DNA of 64,000 bases. Origin: an uncultured Pseudomonadota bacterium. GTDB lineage: Bacteria; Oederibacteriota; Muellerivitia; Muellerivitales; Muellerivitaceae. The notes under the pieces were generated by a model. That model had not been told where the DNA came from. It made no database searches and saw only the letters and a list, made by a program, of their open reading frames with translations. Position 1 is the stretch's first letter. Each line of letters opens with the position of its first letter. A program made the translations under genes and the position numbers. The stretch is taken from positions 64,001 through 128,000 of the forward strand of contig CAWJKT010000006.1 of the NCBI GenBank assembly GCA_963843375.1. Reading direction: 5' to 3'. Below are positions 49,495 to 59,140 of this stretch, piece after piece.

Positions 49495-51326
49495 TTGGTC
49501 CCCACCTTATTCCGTTTGGCTTCCAATTCTTCCCAACGCCTGAAAAGTAAATCCAGTTTAGCCTGTTCAGCGTCGACCTTCTTTTGCTGCTGTCGCGTCT
49601 TGTGGACATCCGAGGCGATATCGGAATCCCCCAATTTGGCTTTGGCCGCCAGTAGTTTTTCCTCCGCGACCCGAAGGGCGGTTTCCATATCCTTGAGTTC
49701 CTGAGTTTCTTGGGTGGATAACACCTTGGAAGCCGCTTTTTCCGGCATGGGGTTTGTGGATGGGGATAGCTTCCCGCCATTATCCTTTCCCTTGGAGCGT
49801 TCCCGGTTCCGAAAGTCCTCCCATTGGGACAGGTCCGCAAAAAAGTCGGCGTGGCCCTTACCATCCAGCGCCAGGATTCGGTGGCTTAAGCGGTCGAGTA
49901 GATAACGGTCATGGGTCACCAATACCAAAGCCCCCGGAAATTCCACCAGGCTTTGTTCCAGCACTTCCAGGGAAGGAATATCCAAATCGTTCGTAGGCTC
50001 GTCTAACAAAAGCAAGTCCGCAGGCCTCAACATGAGCCGTGCGATCAACACACGGGACTGTTCCCCGCCGGAAAAACGGTTTAACGGTCTGTCCAATTGG
50101 TCCTTGTCAAAAAGAAACCGGGTGGCCCAGCTAGCCACATGGATACGGCTTTCTTTATAACTCACGTAATCGCCCGTTTCGCAAAGGGCCTTGCGCAAGG
50201 TTTGGTTTAAATCCAATTGGTCGCGGTGTTGGTCGAAAGTCACGACCCGCAACCTTTCCGCCTGTTTAACGGTCCCGGAATCTGGCTGGATTTCGCCCGC
50301 CAGCATCTTCAACAGGGTGCTTTTGCCGCTGCCGTTTTCCCCCAACAGACCCAGCTTATCACCCGGCGTAAGCAGCAAATCCAAAGTCCCAAAAAGCTTC
50401 CGCCCGCCCAGGCTCTTGGTCACCTTTTCCGCCGCGACCAGGCGTTTAGTCTGGCGTTCACTTCCGGAGAAATCGATGTCCACGCTTTTTCCCTGGGAGT
50501 TGCGGTACTTCAATTCACCCAGTTCACCCATCAATTCTCCGGCCCGGTCAATGCGGGCCTGCTGCTTGGTCTGGCGGGCTTTGGGGCCCCGGCGCAACCA
50601 TTCAATTTCACGGCGCACCAGGTTGGCCACGGTATCCTCGCGCTGGGCTTGGCTGTTGAAAAGATTGTCCTTTTTTTCCAAAAACTGACTGTAATTCCCC
50701 TCATTGCTGAAATAACCTTCCGGATAGCCTTTGTTCAATTCGATCACGCGGTTGCTTACCTGCTCCAAAAAACGCCGGTCATGGGTCACGACAAGAAATG
50801 AGAAATTCAGGGTTTCCATATAATCTTCGAGCCAAAGCACGCCTTCCATATCCAGGTGGTTGGTGGGCTCGTCCAGCAACAACAAATCCGGTTCCCTGAG
50901 GATCTGCGTCAAGATAGCAAGCCTTTTTCGCCAGCCGCCCGAAAGCTTCGTGACCTTTTGGCCGGGGTCGGTGAACCCGGCGTCATCAAGCCCGGCTTCC
51001 ACCCGAATGTCGACCTCATAATCTTCCAGTCCCAATCCCTCCAGGCCTTTGGCCAGCGCGGATCGGACATCCAAGTCCTCTTTGGAATCCTCAAACCGGT
51101 CCTGCTGGGCCAGATAACCGACCCGAAGCCCCTTTCGGGAAGAGATAATTCCGCTATCCGGTTTGTCGAGTCCTGCGAGTATTTTGATCAGTGTGGATTT
51201 GCCCGTCCCGTTGGGCCCAATGAGCCCTGTGCGCTCCCCATCAAAGAGGCCGAAAGAGAGGTTCTCAAAAAGCGGTCGGGCGCCAAAGCTTTTGGCTAGG
51301 TTTTGACAACTCAACAGAATTCCCAC
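49491..51326 (-). CDS. uup: ABC-F family ATPase, Uup-like
   Basis: Start re-called at GTG 51326; two ABC domains (GPNGTGKST, LSGG, LDEPTNHLD; GENGSGKST, FSGG), REIEWLRRGPKARQTKQQARI linker, C-terminal coiled coil ending RWEELE. Confidence 0.85.
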   Translation of the reverse strand: MGILLSCQNLAKSFGARPLFENLSFGLFDGERTGLIGPNGTGKSTLIKILAGLDKPDSGIISSRKGLRVGYLAQQDRFEDSKEDLDVRSALAKGLEGLGLEDYEVDIRVEAGLDDAGFTDPGQKVTKLSGGWRKRLAILTQILREPDLLLLDEPTNHLDMEGVLWLEDYMETLNFSFLVVTHDRRFLEQVSNRVIELNKGYPEGYFSNEGNYSQFLEKKDNLFNSQAQREDTVANLVRREIEWLRRGPKARQTKQQARIDRAGELMGELGELKYRNSQGKSVDIDFSGSERQTKRLVAAEKVTKSLGGRKLFGTLDLLLTPGDKLGLLGENGSGKSTLLKMLAGEIQPDSGTVKQAERLRVVTFDQHRDQLDLNQTLRKALCETGDYVSYKESRIHVASWATRFLFDKDQLDRPLNRFSGGEQSRVLIARLMLRPADLLLLDEPTNDLDIPSLEVLEQSLVEFPGALVLVTHDRYLLDRLSHRILALDGKGHADFFADLSQWEDFRNRERSKGKDNGGKLSPSTNPMPEKAASKVLSTQETQELKDMETALRVAEEKLLAAKAKLGDSDIASDVHKTRQQQKKVDAEQAKLDLLFRRWEELEAKRNKVGTK

Positions 51327-51587
51327 GTTAATAATCCTTGGTTTGGAGATGTCCGATTTGCCGGCACCCCGCTCGTAAGCGAAGTTCGGTCTCATTTCTC
51401 TCATGACTAAAGTGGTTTGAAAATGAGGGGGGTAGGATAAGGCGGCGGCGATCAAAAGCAAAGACCAATTAATTCGGGCTTTAGAAACGGAGGTTTAGGG
51501 GAAGAATTGCGGCATGGCCATTAAAAAAATCAGACCCATTCCCCTTTGGGGAGATGTCGGGTGGTCGAGGCGAAGACCCGGCCATTT

Positions 51588-51941
51588 TCAGAAACCATTA
51601 TTGGCGGCACTTTCAACGCTTGGAAAGGATTTCATAATTCGGTTGAATTCCAAAAGCTCAAACACTTCGGTCACCGCGGGATTCATTCCGGAGAGGATCA
51701 AATCCCCTTTTTCTTTGCGGATACGTTTTATCTGGCTTACAAAAACCCCCCAACCCGTGCTGGCGATGTATTGGACTTCTTTCAAATCAATAATGAGCTT
51801 GAATTTTTTGTTCTTCAACAGCCAAAGCAACTCTTTCTCAAAATCGGGAGTGGTGCGGCTGTCGAGGGACCCCTTGACCGAAAGAAGGGTTATGTTTTTT
51901 TTGACGGGATGATCGGTTACTTGAACCGTTATGTTTTCCAT
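51588..51941 (-). CDS. STAS-domain anti-sigma-factor antagonist
   Basis: GSLDS, IIDLKEVQYIASTGWG, GDLILSGM, VFELL. Confidence 0.9.
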   Translation of the reverse strand: MENITVQVTDHPVKKNITLLSVKGSLDSRTTPDFEKELLWLLKNKKFKLIIDLKEVQYIASTGWGVFVSQIKRIRKEKGDLILSGMNPAVTEVFELLEFNRIMKSFPSVESAANNGF

Positions 51942-52133
51942 GTCGCTTCTGTCCTTCAAGAACCTCGAGTATGCAAACTTCGCGTCAAGAAATAACATCC
52001 CTCACGGAATAATTCAATCTAACAACGATGGGTTTTTGAAGATCGTTTTAAATTTTTCGAAATTGTTTCAAGAGGTTTGGTTGAAGGTTTGTACGTTTTT
52101 CGGAGTTAAACGGACCACCCGGTTGGATTCGAA

Positions 52134-52763
52134 TCAGATTTTTACGGGTTCGGTCTCCCACCTCTTGAGCGTGTATATCTTGTTCGCCAACAATACCGCC
52201 AAAAAGCGAGGAAATTGCATTTCGATCATTTTCAACCGCACATTTTCATGCATCATTTCCATGGTCATCTTGGGATCGGTGTAAAGACCCGATTGGTAAC
52301 ACCGGCGGCAAAAGTTTTCCGAAAACCCGCCGTTTTTTTCCGTTCCTTTTTCAAAATCCTTGCGGATGGGGGTGGCGCAGCTTTGGCAAATTAACTTGGA
52401 AAATTTCATGCGCTTGGCCGCCAATTCCTCCTCCAGTTGCGTTCCTTCAACCGGCAATCCCGCTTTATGCCATTCCTGGAGGCCGCCTGAATAATTCAAC
52501 GCCCGAAGTCCATGATCCTCCAGAGCCTTGACCGCCAGATAGCTTTCCAAAAGGCCGAAACGATCACCATAGGCGACAAAGGATTTCGCTTTTCCGTATT
52601 TCTCTTCGACTTCCTTGGAAAACACCGCGGGGTCTCCCGTCATGGGATGGCTTTGGGAACCATTAATATGAAGTCTCTTAAAATCTCCCTTGGAAAGAAC
52701 GTTCAAGACAACCACTTGGTCGCCTTTCATTTTTTCGAACAATTCAAGCATATTTATTTTCAT
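52134..52763 (-). CDS. Rhodanese-like domain fused to putative zinc ribbon (Zn_ribbon_2-like)
   Basis: HINGS, YSGGLQEWHKAGLPVE; then CQSC..P, GTE..G, FCRRCY..G.YTDP, LKRW. Confidence 0.75.
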   Translation of the reverse strand: MKINMLELFEKMKGDQVVVLNVLSKGDFKRLHINGSQSHPMTGDPAVFSKEVEEKYGKAKSFVAYGDRFGLLESYLAVKALEDHGLRALNYSGGLQEWHKAGLPVEGTQLEEELAAKRMKFSKLICQSCATPIRKDFEKGTEKNGGFSENFCRRCYQSGLYTDPKMTMEMMHENVRLKMIEMQFPRFLAVLLANKIYTLKRWETEPVKI

Positions 52764-52938
52764 CGTTGAAATTCCTTTCGTGACTTAACCGGCGGACGAT
52801 AAAACTCTTCTGGAAGGAAGCGGCTCGTGTCGAATAGGTCTTGCTTAACTATAGGCCTTATTAGGCAAAGAAAGGGATAAATCGCCCATGATTACGGCCC
52901 AAAAGGGTTACCCATTAACTTGGCCGCAATTAGCCTAC

Positions 52939-52967
52939 TTGCCTTAAAGAGACGAACGGCGTAAAGT
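52939..52967 (+). promoter_or_regulatory. Sigma-70-type promoter of the rhodanese gene
   Basis: TTGCCT-N17-TAAAGT, 48 bp upstream of the ATG. Confidence 0.5.
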
Positions 52968-53015
52968 TAAAGCATAAATCAATCGCCGGTAAACCGGCTC
53001 AACGAGGAGAAAACA

Positions 53016-53639
53016 ATGTCAGCTAGCCTAAAGATCACGAAACAAAGCACCATGCAGGAAGTCCTTGATGCTTATCCCAGCGCCCAACGCGCCCTTTTCC
53101 GCAAATACCACATTGGGGGATGCCACAGCTGTGGCTATGAGCCCAATGACATCCTCGAGAATGTTGCCCAAAAGCACAACATCACCGATATGGATGAAGT
53201 TTTGAACTTCATTGAGGAAGCCGAGCAAATCGACCAACGCATCAAAATAAGTCCCGCGGATACGGCGGCTGCCATGAAAGGCCCCAACAAGCCCCGCTTG
53301 ATCGATGTGCGAACCCCGCAGGAATGGGAGTTGGCCAAGATTCCCGGAGCCGAGCTGATTACCGAGGAGCTTTCTTACGAGATCATGAACTGGCCGAAGA
53401 ATACGCCCATGATTTTCCACTGTCATCACGGCCAAAGAAGCATGGATGCGGCTTCCTACTTTGCCGGGCACGGCTTCACCAACGCCAAATCAATGACCGG
53501 CGGAATTGACGCCTGGTCGGTTTCAATCGACCCCTCTGTTCCGCGTTATGAGGTCGCCCGGGATATGTCCACCGGAAGGTCGAAACTTCAGCCTCTTCGC
53601 ACTGTTGTATCCAAAGCCGAGGGTTGCATGAATCCCTAA
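53016..53639 (+). CDS. Rhodanese-domain protein with N-terminal Cys-containing (DUF1858-like) domain
   Basis: YHIGGCHSC; LIDVRTPQEW, FHCHHGQRS active-site loop, GGIDAWS..IDPSVPRY. Confidence 0.85.
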   Translation: MSASLKITKQSTMQEVLDAYPSAQRALFRKYHIGGCHSCGYEPNDILENVAQKHNITDMDEVLNFIEEAEQIDQRIKISPADTAAAMKGPNKPRLIDVRTPQEWELAKIPGAELITEELSYEIMNWPKNTPMIFHCHHGQRSMDAASYFAGHGFTNAKSMTGGIDAWSVSIDPSVPRYEVARDMSTGRSKLQPLRTVVSKAEGCMNP

Positions 53640-53664
53640 CAGGACCGAACCCGTCGAAGTCTTC

Positions 53665-53704
53665 AAAGGGCCATCCCAAAAGGATCGGCCCTTTTTGTTT
53701 TTTT
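53665..53704 (+). terminator. Intrinsic terminator of the rhodanese gene
   Basis: aaagggccatcc-caaaa-ggatcggcccttt followed by T-run. Confidence 0.7.
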
Positions 53705-53708
53705 AGGT

Positions 53709-53743
53709 AAAAAAAAGCCGGGAGGAAATCCTCCCGGCTTTTT
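53709..53743. terminator. Bidirectional intrinsic terminator after rpoD
   Basis: Perfect stem gccgggagga/tcctcccggc flanked by A8 and T5. Confidence 0.85.
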
Positions 53744-53753
53744 ACAATTCTAA

Positions 53754-55562
53754 TTAATTCAAATAATCCCTCAGCAACCGGCTTCGGGAAGGATGCATCA
53801 GTTTTCTCAAGGCCTTGGCCTCAATCTGACGCACACGTTCGCGCGTGACCTTATAAATGTTTCCCACTTCTTCCAGGGTATGGGGGGAACCATCCGTCAA
53901 GCCGAAGCGCAGGCGCAAAACCTCCGCCTCCCGCTCCTTAAGCGTTCCCAAAACTTTGGAAATATGCTCCCGCAAAAGCACAAAAGCAGCCGCGTCATCG
54001 GGACTGACGGCTTCCTTGTCCGCTATGAAATCACCCAGATGGCTATCTTTCTCCTCGCCCAATGGGGTTTCCAGCGAAATGGGGTTCTGAGCGATCTTTA
54101 GAACCGCCCGGACTTTTTCGACCGGCATTTCCATGCGCTTAGCAATCTCATCCGAGGTCGGCTCATGCCCCAACTCCTGCACCAAATCGCGCGAAGTTTG
54201 GATGGACTTATTGATGACCTCATGCATGTGGACAGGAATACGGATCGTACGGCTCATGTCCGCTATGGCGCGGGTAATGGATTGACGGATCCACCAAGTG
54301 GCGTAAGTGGAAAATTTATACCCGCGGCGGTATTCGAATTTTTCCACTCCCCGCATCAAACCGATGTTCCCTTCCTGGATGAGGTCCAGGAACGGCAAGC
54401 CGCGATTGTTATATTTCTTAGCGATCGATATGACGAGCCGTAAATTGGCTTCCACTAATTCCATACGGGAATGATAGGCCTCACGCTCGCCCACCCGGAT
54501 GGTTCTCATCATGATCTTGAGATGGTTCCGGTCGGTCATAGCCTCTTTCTCGAGACGTTTGATTTCCCGCCGTGCCGCATCCCAAGTGCGGCACGCCTTG
54601 ATAAAGTCTTCACCCTTCAAGGCGCTTTTCTTTTCCAATGTTTTAACGCCAACCGGTTCCCCATCCTTGAGCAGGCTGGGGAGTTTGATATAAAGCTCGG
54701 GAGGAAGCTTCATCCTCTTTTCCTGGGAGTGCATGATATGTTCGTGTTCCTCAATGGCTTCGCCTCGGTCACGAAGGGAAGCGGTAAACCGTTCCTTCAC
54801 CTTCTTTTGAAACTGACAATCCTTGACCAGCCAGATAAGGTCAATGAGCTTGGCGTCCAATTGCTCAGCCAGGGTCTTTCGCTTTTCCTCTCCCAGGGAC
54901 TTGAGGCCGACCTTATGTTGCAGCGCTTTGATTTGTCTTTCCAGGGTCTTAAGTTTAAGGTGGTTTTTGCGAAGCTTGGCCAGGATCTTTTTTTCCGGCG
55001 GGCCGCCCGGAAGTTCGGCGTAAGAATCCAGATTGATGGTCTCCTGGATGGTCTTCCTTTTTTTTAGGATATCGGTGAGGAGGTTGTTTAGTTCCTGGAA
55101 TCCAAGAAGGGAACCCAGCACAGCCTTATCGACCTTGAACTCGCCGGCCTCGATTCGTTTGGCGATGGCTATTTCTTCCGCTCGGGTCAGGAGTGAAATT
55201 CGACCCATCTGGTGTAAGTACATTTTGACGGGATCCCCGACGCGGGTCTCGACCCCGGCGGTATCGAGCGCCTTTTCGAAAACCTCATCCTCGTCGGTAT
55301 CTTCGTCCTTCAAAGTCGCTCCCGGAAGGGCTGTTTCCGATTCTTTCTCATCGTCCGGAATGGCCGTTTTCTCCTCCTGGTCAACGATCTTGATATCGTT
55401 TTCCCCCAGCATGAGCAGAATGTCATCGATCTCTTCGGATGAAACCACCTCGTCCGGAAGGATGTCATTCACCTGTTTAAAGGTGATGTAACCTTTTTCT
55501 TTTCCCACTTTGAGAATATTGTTCGCGTGATCTGACTTATTCTTGGGCGCTTCTGACTTCAT
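53754..55562 (-). CDS. rpoD: RNA polymerase sigma-70 factor, RpoD type
   Basis: Region 1.1, DPVKMYL, non-conserved region, [42 protein letters not shown]...[10 protein letters not shown]. Confidence 0.92.
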   Translation of the reverse strand: MKSEAPKNKSDHANNILKVGKEKGYITFKQVNDILPDEVVSSEEIDDILLMLGENDIKIVDQEEKTAIPDDEKESETALPGATLKDEDTDEDEVFEKALDTAGVETRVGDPVKMYLHQMGRISLLTRAEEIAIAKRIEAGEFKVDKAVLGSLLGFQELNNLLTDILKKRKTIQETINLDSYAELPGGPPEKKILAKLRKNHLKLKTLERQIKALQHKVGLKSLGEEKRKTLAEQLDAKLIDLIWLVKDCQFQKKVKERFTASLRDRGEAIEEHEHIMHSQEKRMKLPPELYIKLPSLLKDGEPVGVKTLEKKSALKGEDFIKACRTWDAARREIKRLEKEAMTDRNHLKIMMRTIRVGEREAYHSRMELVEANLRLVISIAKKYNNRGLPFLDLIQEGNIGLMRGVEKFEYRRGYKFSTYATWWIRQSITRAIADMSRTIRIPVHMHEVINKSIQTSRDLVQELGHEPTSDEIAKRMEMPVEKVRAVLKIAQNPISLETPLGEEKDSHLGDFIADKEAVSPDDAAAFVLLREHISKVLGTLKEREAEVLRLRFGLTDGSPHTLEEVGNIYKVTRERVRQIEAKALRKLMHPSRSRLLRDYLN

Positions 55563-55785
55563 GAAATCTCCACTTCTTTAAAAAAATTTAGGCTCGTTCA
55601 AAATACAAACCCTCGTGTATCACCGTTTTCAAGCGGTTTCCAGCAAGAGGTTTATTGTACCGCAATAATAAGATGGATAGGAATTGTTCTGTAAGAATCA
55701 AAGGGATTTGCACAATAACCCTAAGGAAATTCCCTATAAAATCTCATTGTTGTTAAGTGGATTAGGACAAGCCGAACAACGTGAA

Positions 55786-56322
55786 CTAAAATTTATTGCC
55801 ATTGATCCAATTTTGCACTTCTTGTTCCACTGAAAAGGGCTGTTGCGGGTTTTGAATATAGGCCTTATCCAAGGCATAAGCGTTTTTTTCCAGGGGGATT
55901 GATTCATAAACCCCGGTGGCCAGAAACCCCCGAAGATATTTATGGGCGAATTGTTTAAGACCCAGTTTTTGGTATTGGACCACGTGCACAAGCTCGTGGA
56001 ATTGAATTTGCGGTTTCAACTCTTCATAGGACACAACCACATCCATAAAAGTGATGGCCCGAAGATGATCGAGAGAAAAATAGATCCCGCGATCATTCAG
56101 TTCCTTTAAAAAAGCGGGATCTTCGATGGGCCCGTCAATCTTACGATAAAAGAAAGTGTTCTTTAAAAGGCCCGTGTTAAAAAAAGGACTGAAATTCTCA
56201 ATCTGGACTTCCGATAATCCCGCGGCCTTTTCCAAATAGGTATCTCTTTGGCTCCGGATAAAGGCAGCGATCAGACCCGAATATTCGACAATTTCCCCTT
56301 CGGAAAACTTAGTAGCAACCAA
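55786..56322 (-). CDS. Hypothetical protein with HExxH zincin motif (DUF4157-like)
   Basis: AITF, FHELVHVVQY, Y..IPLEKNAY. Confidence 0.65.
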   Translation of the reverse strand: MVATKFSEGEIVEYSGLIAAFIRSQRDTYLEKAAGLSEVQIENFSPFFNTGLLKNTFFYRKIDGPIEDPAFLKELNDRGIYFSLDHLRAITFMDVVVSYEELKPQIQFHELVHVVQYQKLGLKQFAHKYLRGFLATGVYESIPLEKNAYALDKAYIQNPQQPFSVEQEVQNWINGNKF

Positions 56323-56406
56323 AATAAACCGTTCTTTCTTTTGCGTCTTAATTAGGGACTTTCCTTGGATTCCATTTAAGCAAGGAAAATTAAGCGGATT
56401 AAAATT

Positions 56407-59005
56407 TTAAGCCTTGATGACCAGCTCTCCACCCTTGGAAACGTCCACTTTGATTGTTTGTCCTTCGAGGATGTCACCATCAAGCAGTTTAAGCGCCATA
56501 CGATCCACAAGTTCGTGCTGAATAAGCCTTTTTAAAGGTCTGGCACCGTAGACAGGATCATAGCCCCTTTCGGCCAGGAATACCAAGGCCCCCTTGGACA
56601 TTTCCAGCTTTATCTTCTTGTCCGCTAACCGGGCGCGAAGGCCCTCCAACTGGATATTCACAATGGACTTCTAATTGTTCTTCCTTCAAACGGTGGAAAA
56701 TAACGATGTCGTCGATACGATTCAGGAACTCGGGTCGGAAGAACTGCCTCAACTCTTTTTGCAAGGCGTCCTTTAAGTCTTCCTCCTTATTCCCTTCCAT
56801 GATTTTCTGAGAGGCGATATTGCTGGTCATGATGAGAACGGTGTTTTTGAAATCCACGATCCTTCCCTGGCTGTCCGTAAGGCGCCCATCATCCAAAACT
56901 TGCAAAAGCACGTTGAACACATCCGCATGGGCTTTTTCCACCTCGTCGAAGAGTACCACGGAATATGGCCTGCGGCGCACCGCCTCGGTCAATTGTCCAC
57001 CCTCATCGTATCCCACATAGCCCGGAGGGGCGCCGATCAACCGCGCCACCGAGTGCTTTTCCATGTATTCGCTCATGTCGATTCGAATCATCATTTTTTC
57101 GTCGTCAAATAGGTAGCCGGCAAGGGCCTTGGCAAGTTCGGTCTTTCCCACGCCCGTAGGCCCCACAAAAAGGAAACTTCCCAGGGGCCGGTTGGGATCG
57201 GCTAAACCCGACCGGGACCGGCGAATCGCGTTGGCCACCGCGGAAACCGCCTCATCCTGCCCGACAACCCGCTCTTTCAACTTTTCTTCCATCTTGATGA
57301 GCTTTTCGGTTTCCCCCTCCATCATTTTGGAAACGGGGATACCGGTCCACTTGGCTACGACCTCGGCGATTCCCTGATCGGTCACTTCTTCCTTGAGCAG
57401 GGCGCCCTTTTTTTGTAAATCCGCCAGTTGGTTGCCGAATTCTTCCATTTTTTTCTGCAATTTCGGAACCTTGTCGTAGCGTATTTCCGCGACCTTATCG
57501 AGTTTGCCTTCTCTTTCGAAATGGGTTTCCTGAAGTTTTAAAGTTTCAATTTCTTCCTTGATCTTGCGAAGGTCTTGGATGACTTTCTTTTCCGACTGCC
57601 ACCGGGCCTTCATCCCCGAAGAGTTTTCCTTGAGATTGGCCATTTCCTTTTCCAGTTTGGCGAGGCGATCCTTGGAAGCTTCGTCTTTTTCCTTTTGGAG
57701 AGCTTGTTTTTCGATTTCCAATTGGCGAATTTTTCGTTCCGCCTCGTCCAATGCTACCGGCATGGAATCGATTTCGATACGAAGCTTGGAAGCGGCCTCG
57801 TCTACCAAGTCGATGGCTTTATCAGGTAAAAAGCGGTTGGTAATATAACGGTTGGAAAGAACTGCGGCGGCTACCAGGGCAGCGTCCTGAATTCGCACAC
57901 CATGGTGCAATTCATAGCGCTCTTTGAGGCCCCGCAGTATGGAAATGGTATCGGCCACACTGGGCTCGCCCACCAGCACCTGTTGGAATCGGCGTTCCAG
58001 AGCCGGGTCCTTCTCGATATATTTCCGGTACTCATCCAAGGTTGTGGCTCCGATGGCTCGTAGTTCCCCCCTCGCCAAGGCGGGTTTGAGCATATTGGAA
58101 GCGTCCATGGAGCCTTCAGCCCGCCCCGCTCCTACCAGGTTGTGCAGTTCGTCAATGAAAAGGATGATTTGTCCTTCACTGGAAGTGACTTCTTTCAAAA
58201 AGGCCTTCAGTCGGTCCTCAAACTCACCCCGAAATTTGGCTCCGGCCACCATCGCCCCTAGATCCAGCGAGATGACTTTCTTGCCCTTCAAACCTTCAGG
58301 CACATCCCCGGAAACGATGCGGCCCGCCAAACCTTCGGCAATGGCGGTCTTGCCCACGCCTGGCTCCCCGATCAGTACGGGATTGTTCTTGGTGCGGCGG
58401 GAAAGAACCTGGATGACTCGGCGAATTTCCTCATCCCGGCCAATGACCGGGTCCAATTTGCCCCGGCGGGCCAGGTCCGTTAGGTCTTTGCCGTATTTCG
58501 TGAGGGCCTGGTATTTGGCCTCGGGATTCTGGTCCGTCACTTTCGTGTTGCCCCGAACTTCGGCAAGGGCTGAAAGCACCTTCTCTCGGTTCAAGTGATT
58601 CAGTTTGACCAGTTTCTTCACTCCCCAATCTTCGGGATGGCCTTGGGCACTGGATGCGTTTAAAAGGGCTAAAAGTAGATGCTCGGTGGAGACATATTCA
58701 TCCTTCATCTTATCCGCTTCTTTATGGGCGTCCTCAAGGGTCTTGGCCAGACGAGGGGTCATATAAATTTGACCCCCTCCTTCCACTTTCGGAAGTCCGG
58801 CGATGTCCTTTTCCAGACTTTTGTCCAATGCGGCAGGATCTACCCCGATCTTTTTCAAGATCGGATCCACCACGCTTTCTTCCTGGCGTAAAAGGGCAAG
58901 GAACAGGTGTTCGTTGTCCACCTGTTGTTGGCCGTATTCGGAGGACAGGGACTGGGCTGCCTGCACCGCGTTTTGGGCGTTGAGCGTAAATTGATTGATA
59001 TCCAT
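56407..59005 (-). CDS. clpB: Disaggregase ClpB; +1 frameshift near 56672
   Basis: Two AAA+ modules ([16 protein letters not shown]), coiled-coil M domain, [10 protein letters not shown]-terminus ([13 protein letters not shown]) in ORF 56407-56661. Confidence 0.95.
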
Positions 59006-59053
59006 TGCGGACCCCTAAAAAGACTAATTGACTTATTCTTGGCGATTGACAGC

Positions 59054-59082
59054 AATTTAGTATTGGAATGGGGTTCTTTCAA
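59054..59082 (-). promoter_or_regulatory. Possible sigma-70-type promoter of clpB
   Basis: TTGAAA-N17-TAAATT. Confidence 0.35.
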
Positions 59083-59140
59083 TGCTTTGGATCATGTTTA
59101 AGGCAAGAATTTTAACCTCTATAATCCCATCTGAACCTTT

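Noticed and set aside
51327..51461. N-terminal extension of the ABC-F ORF or a regulatory leader
   Set aside because: ABC domain starts at GTG 51326 with an RBS; no clear attenuator or leader peptide found.
56407..56700. Programmed frameshifting or pseudogenisation of clpB (also def, pqqE)
   Set aside because: No slippery site with stimulator; motifs intact on both sides; window-wide indels favour assembly error.
59006..59140. CIRCE, HAIR, CtsR box or sigma-32 promoter for clpB
   Set aside because: No operator match; TTGAAA and CCCCAT are only 3 bp apart rather than 13-14.
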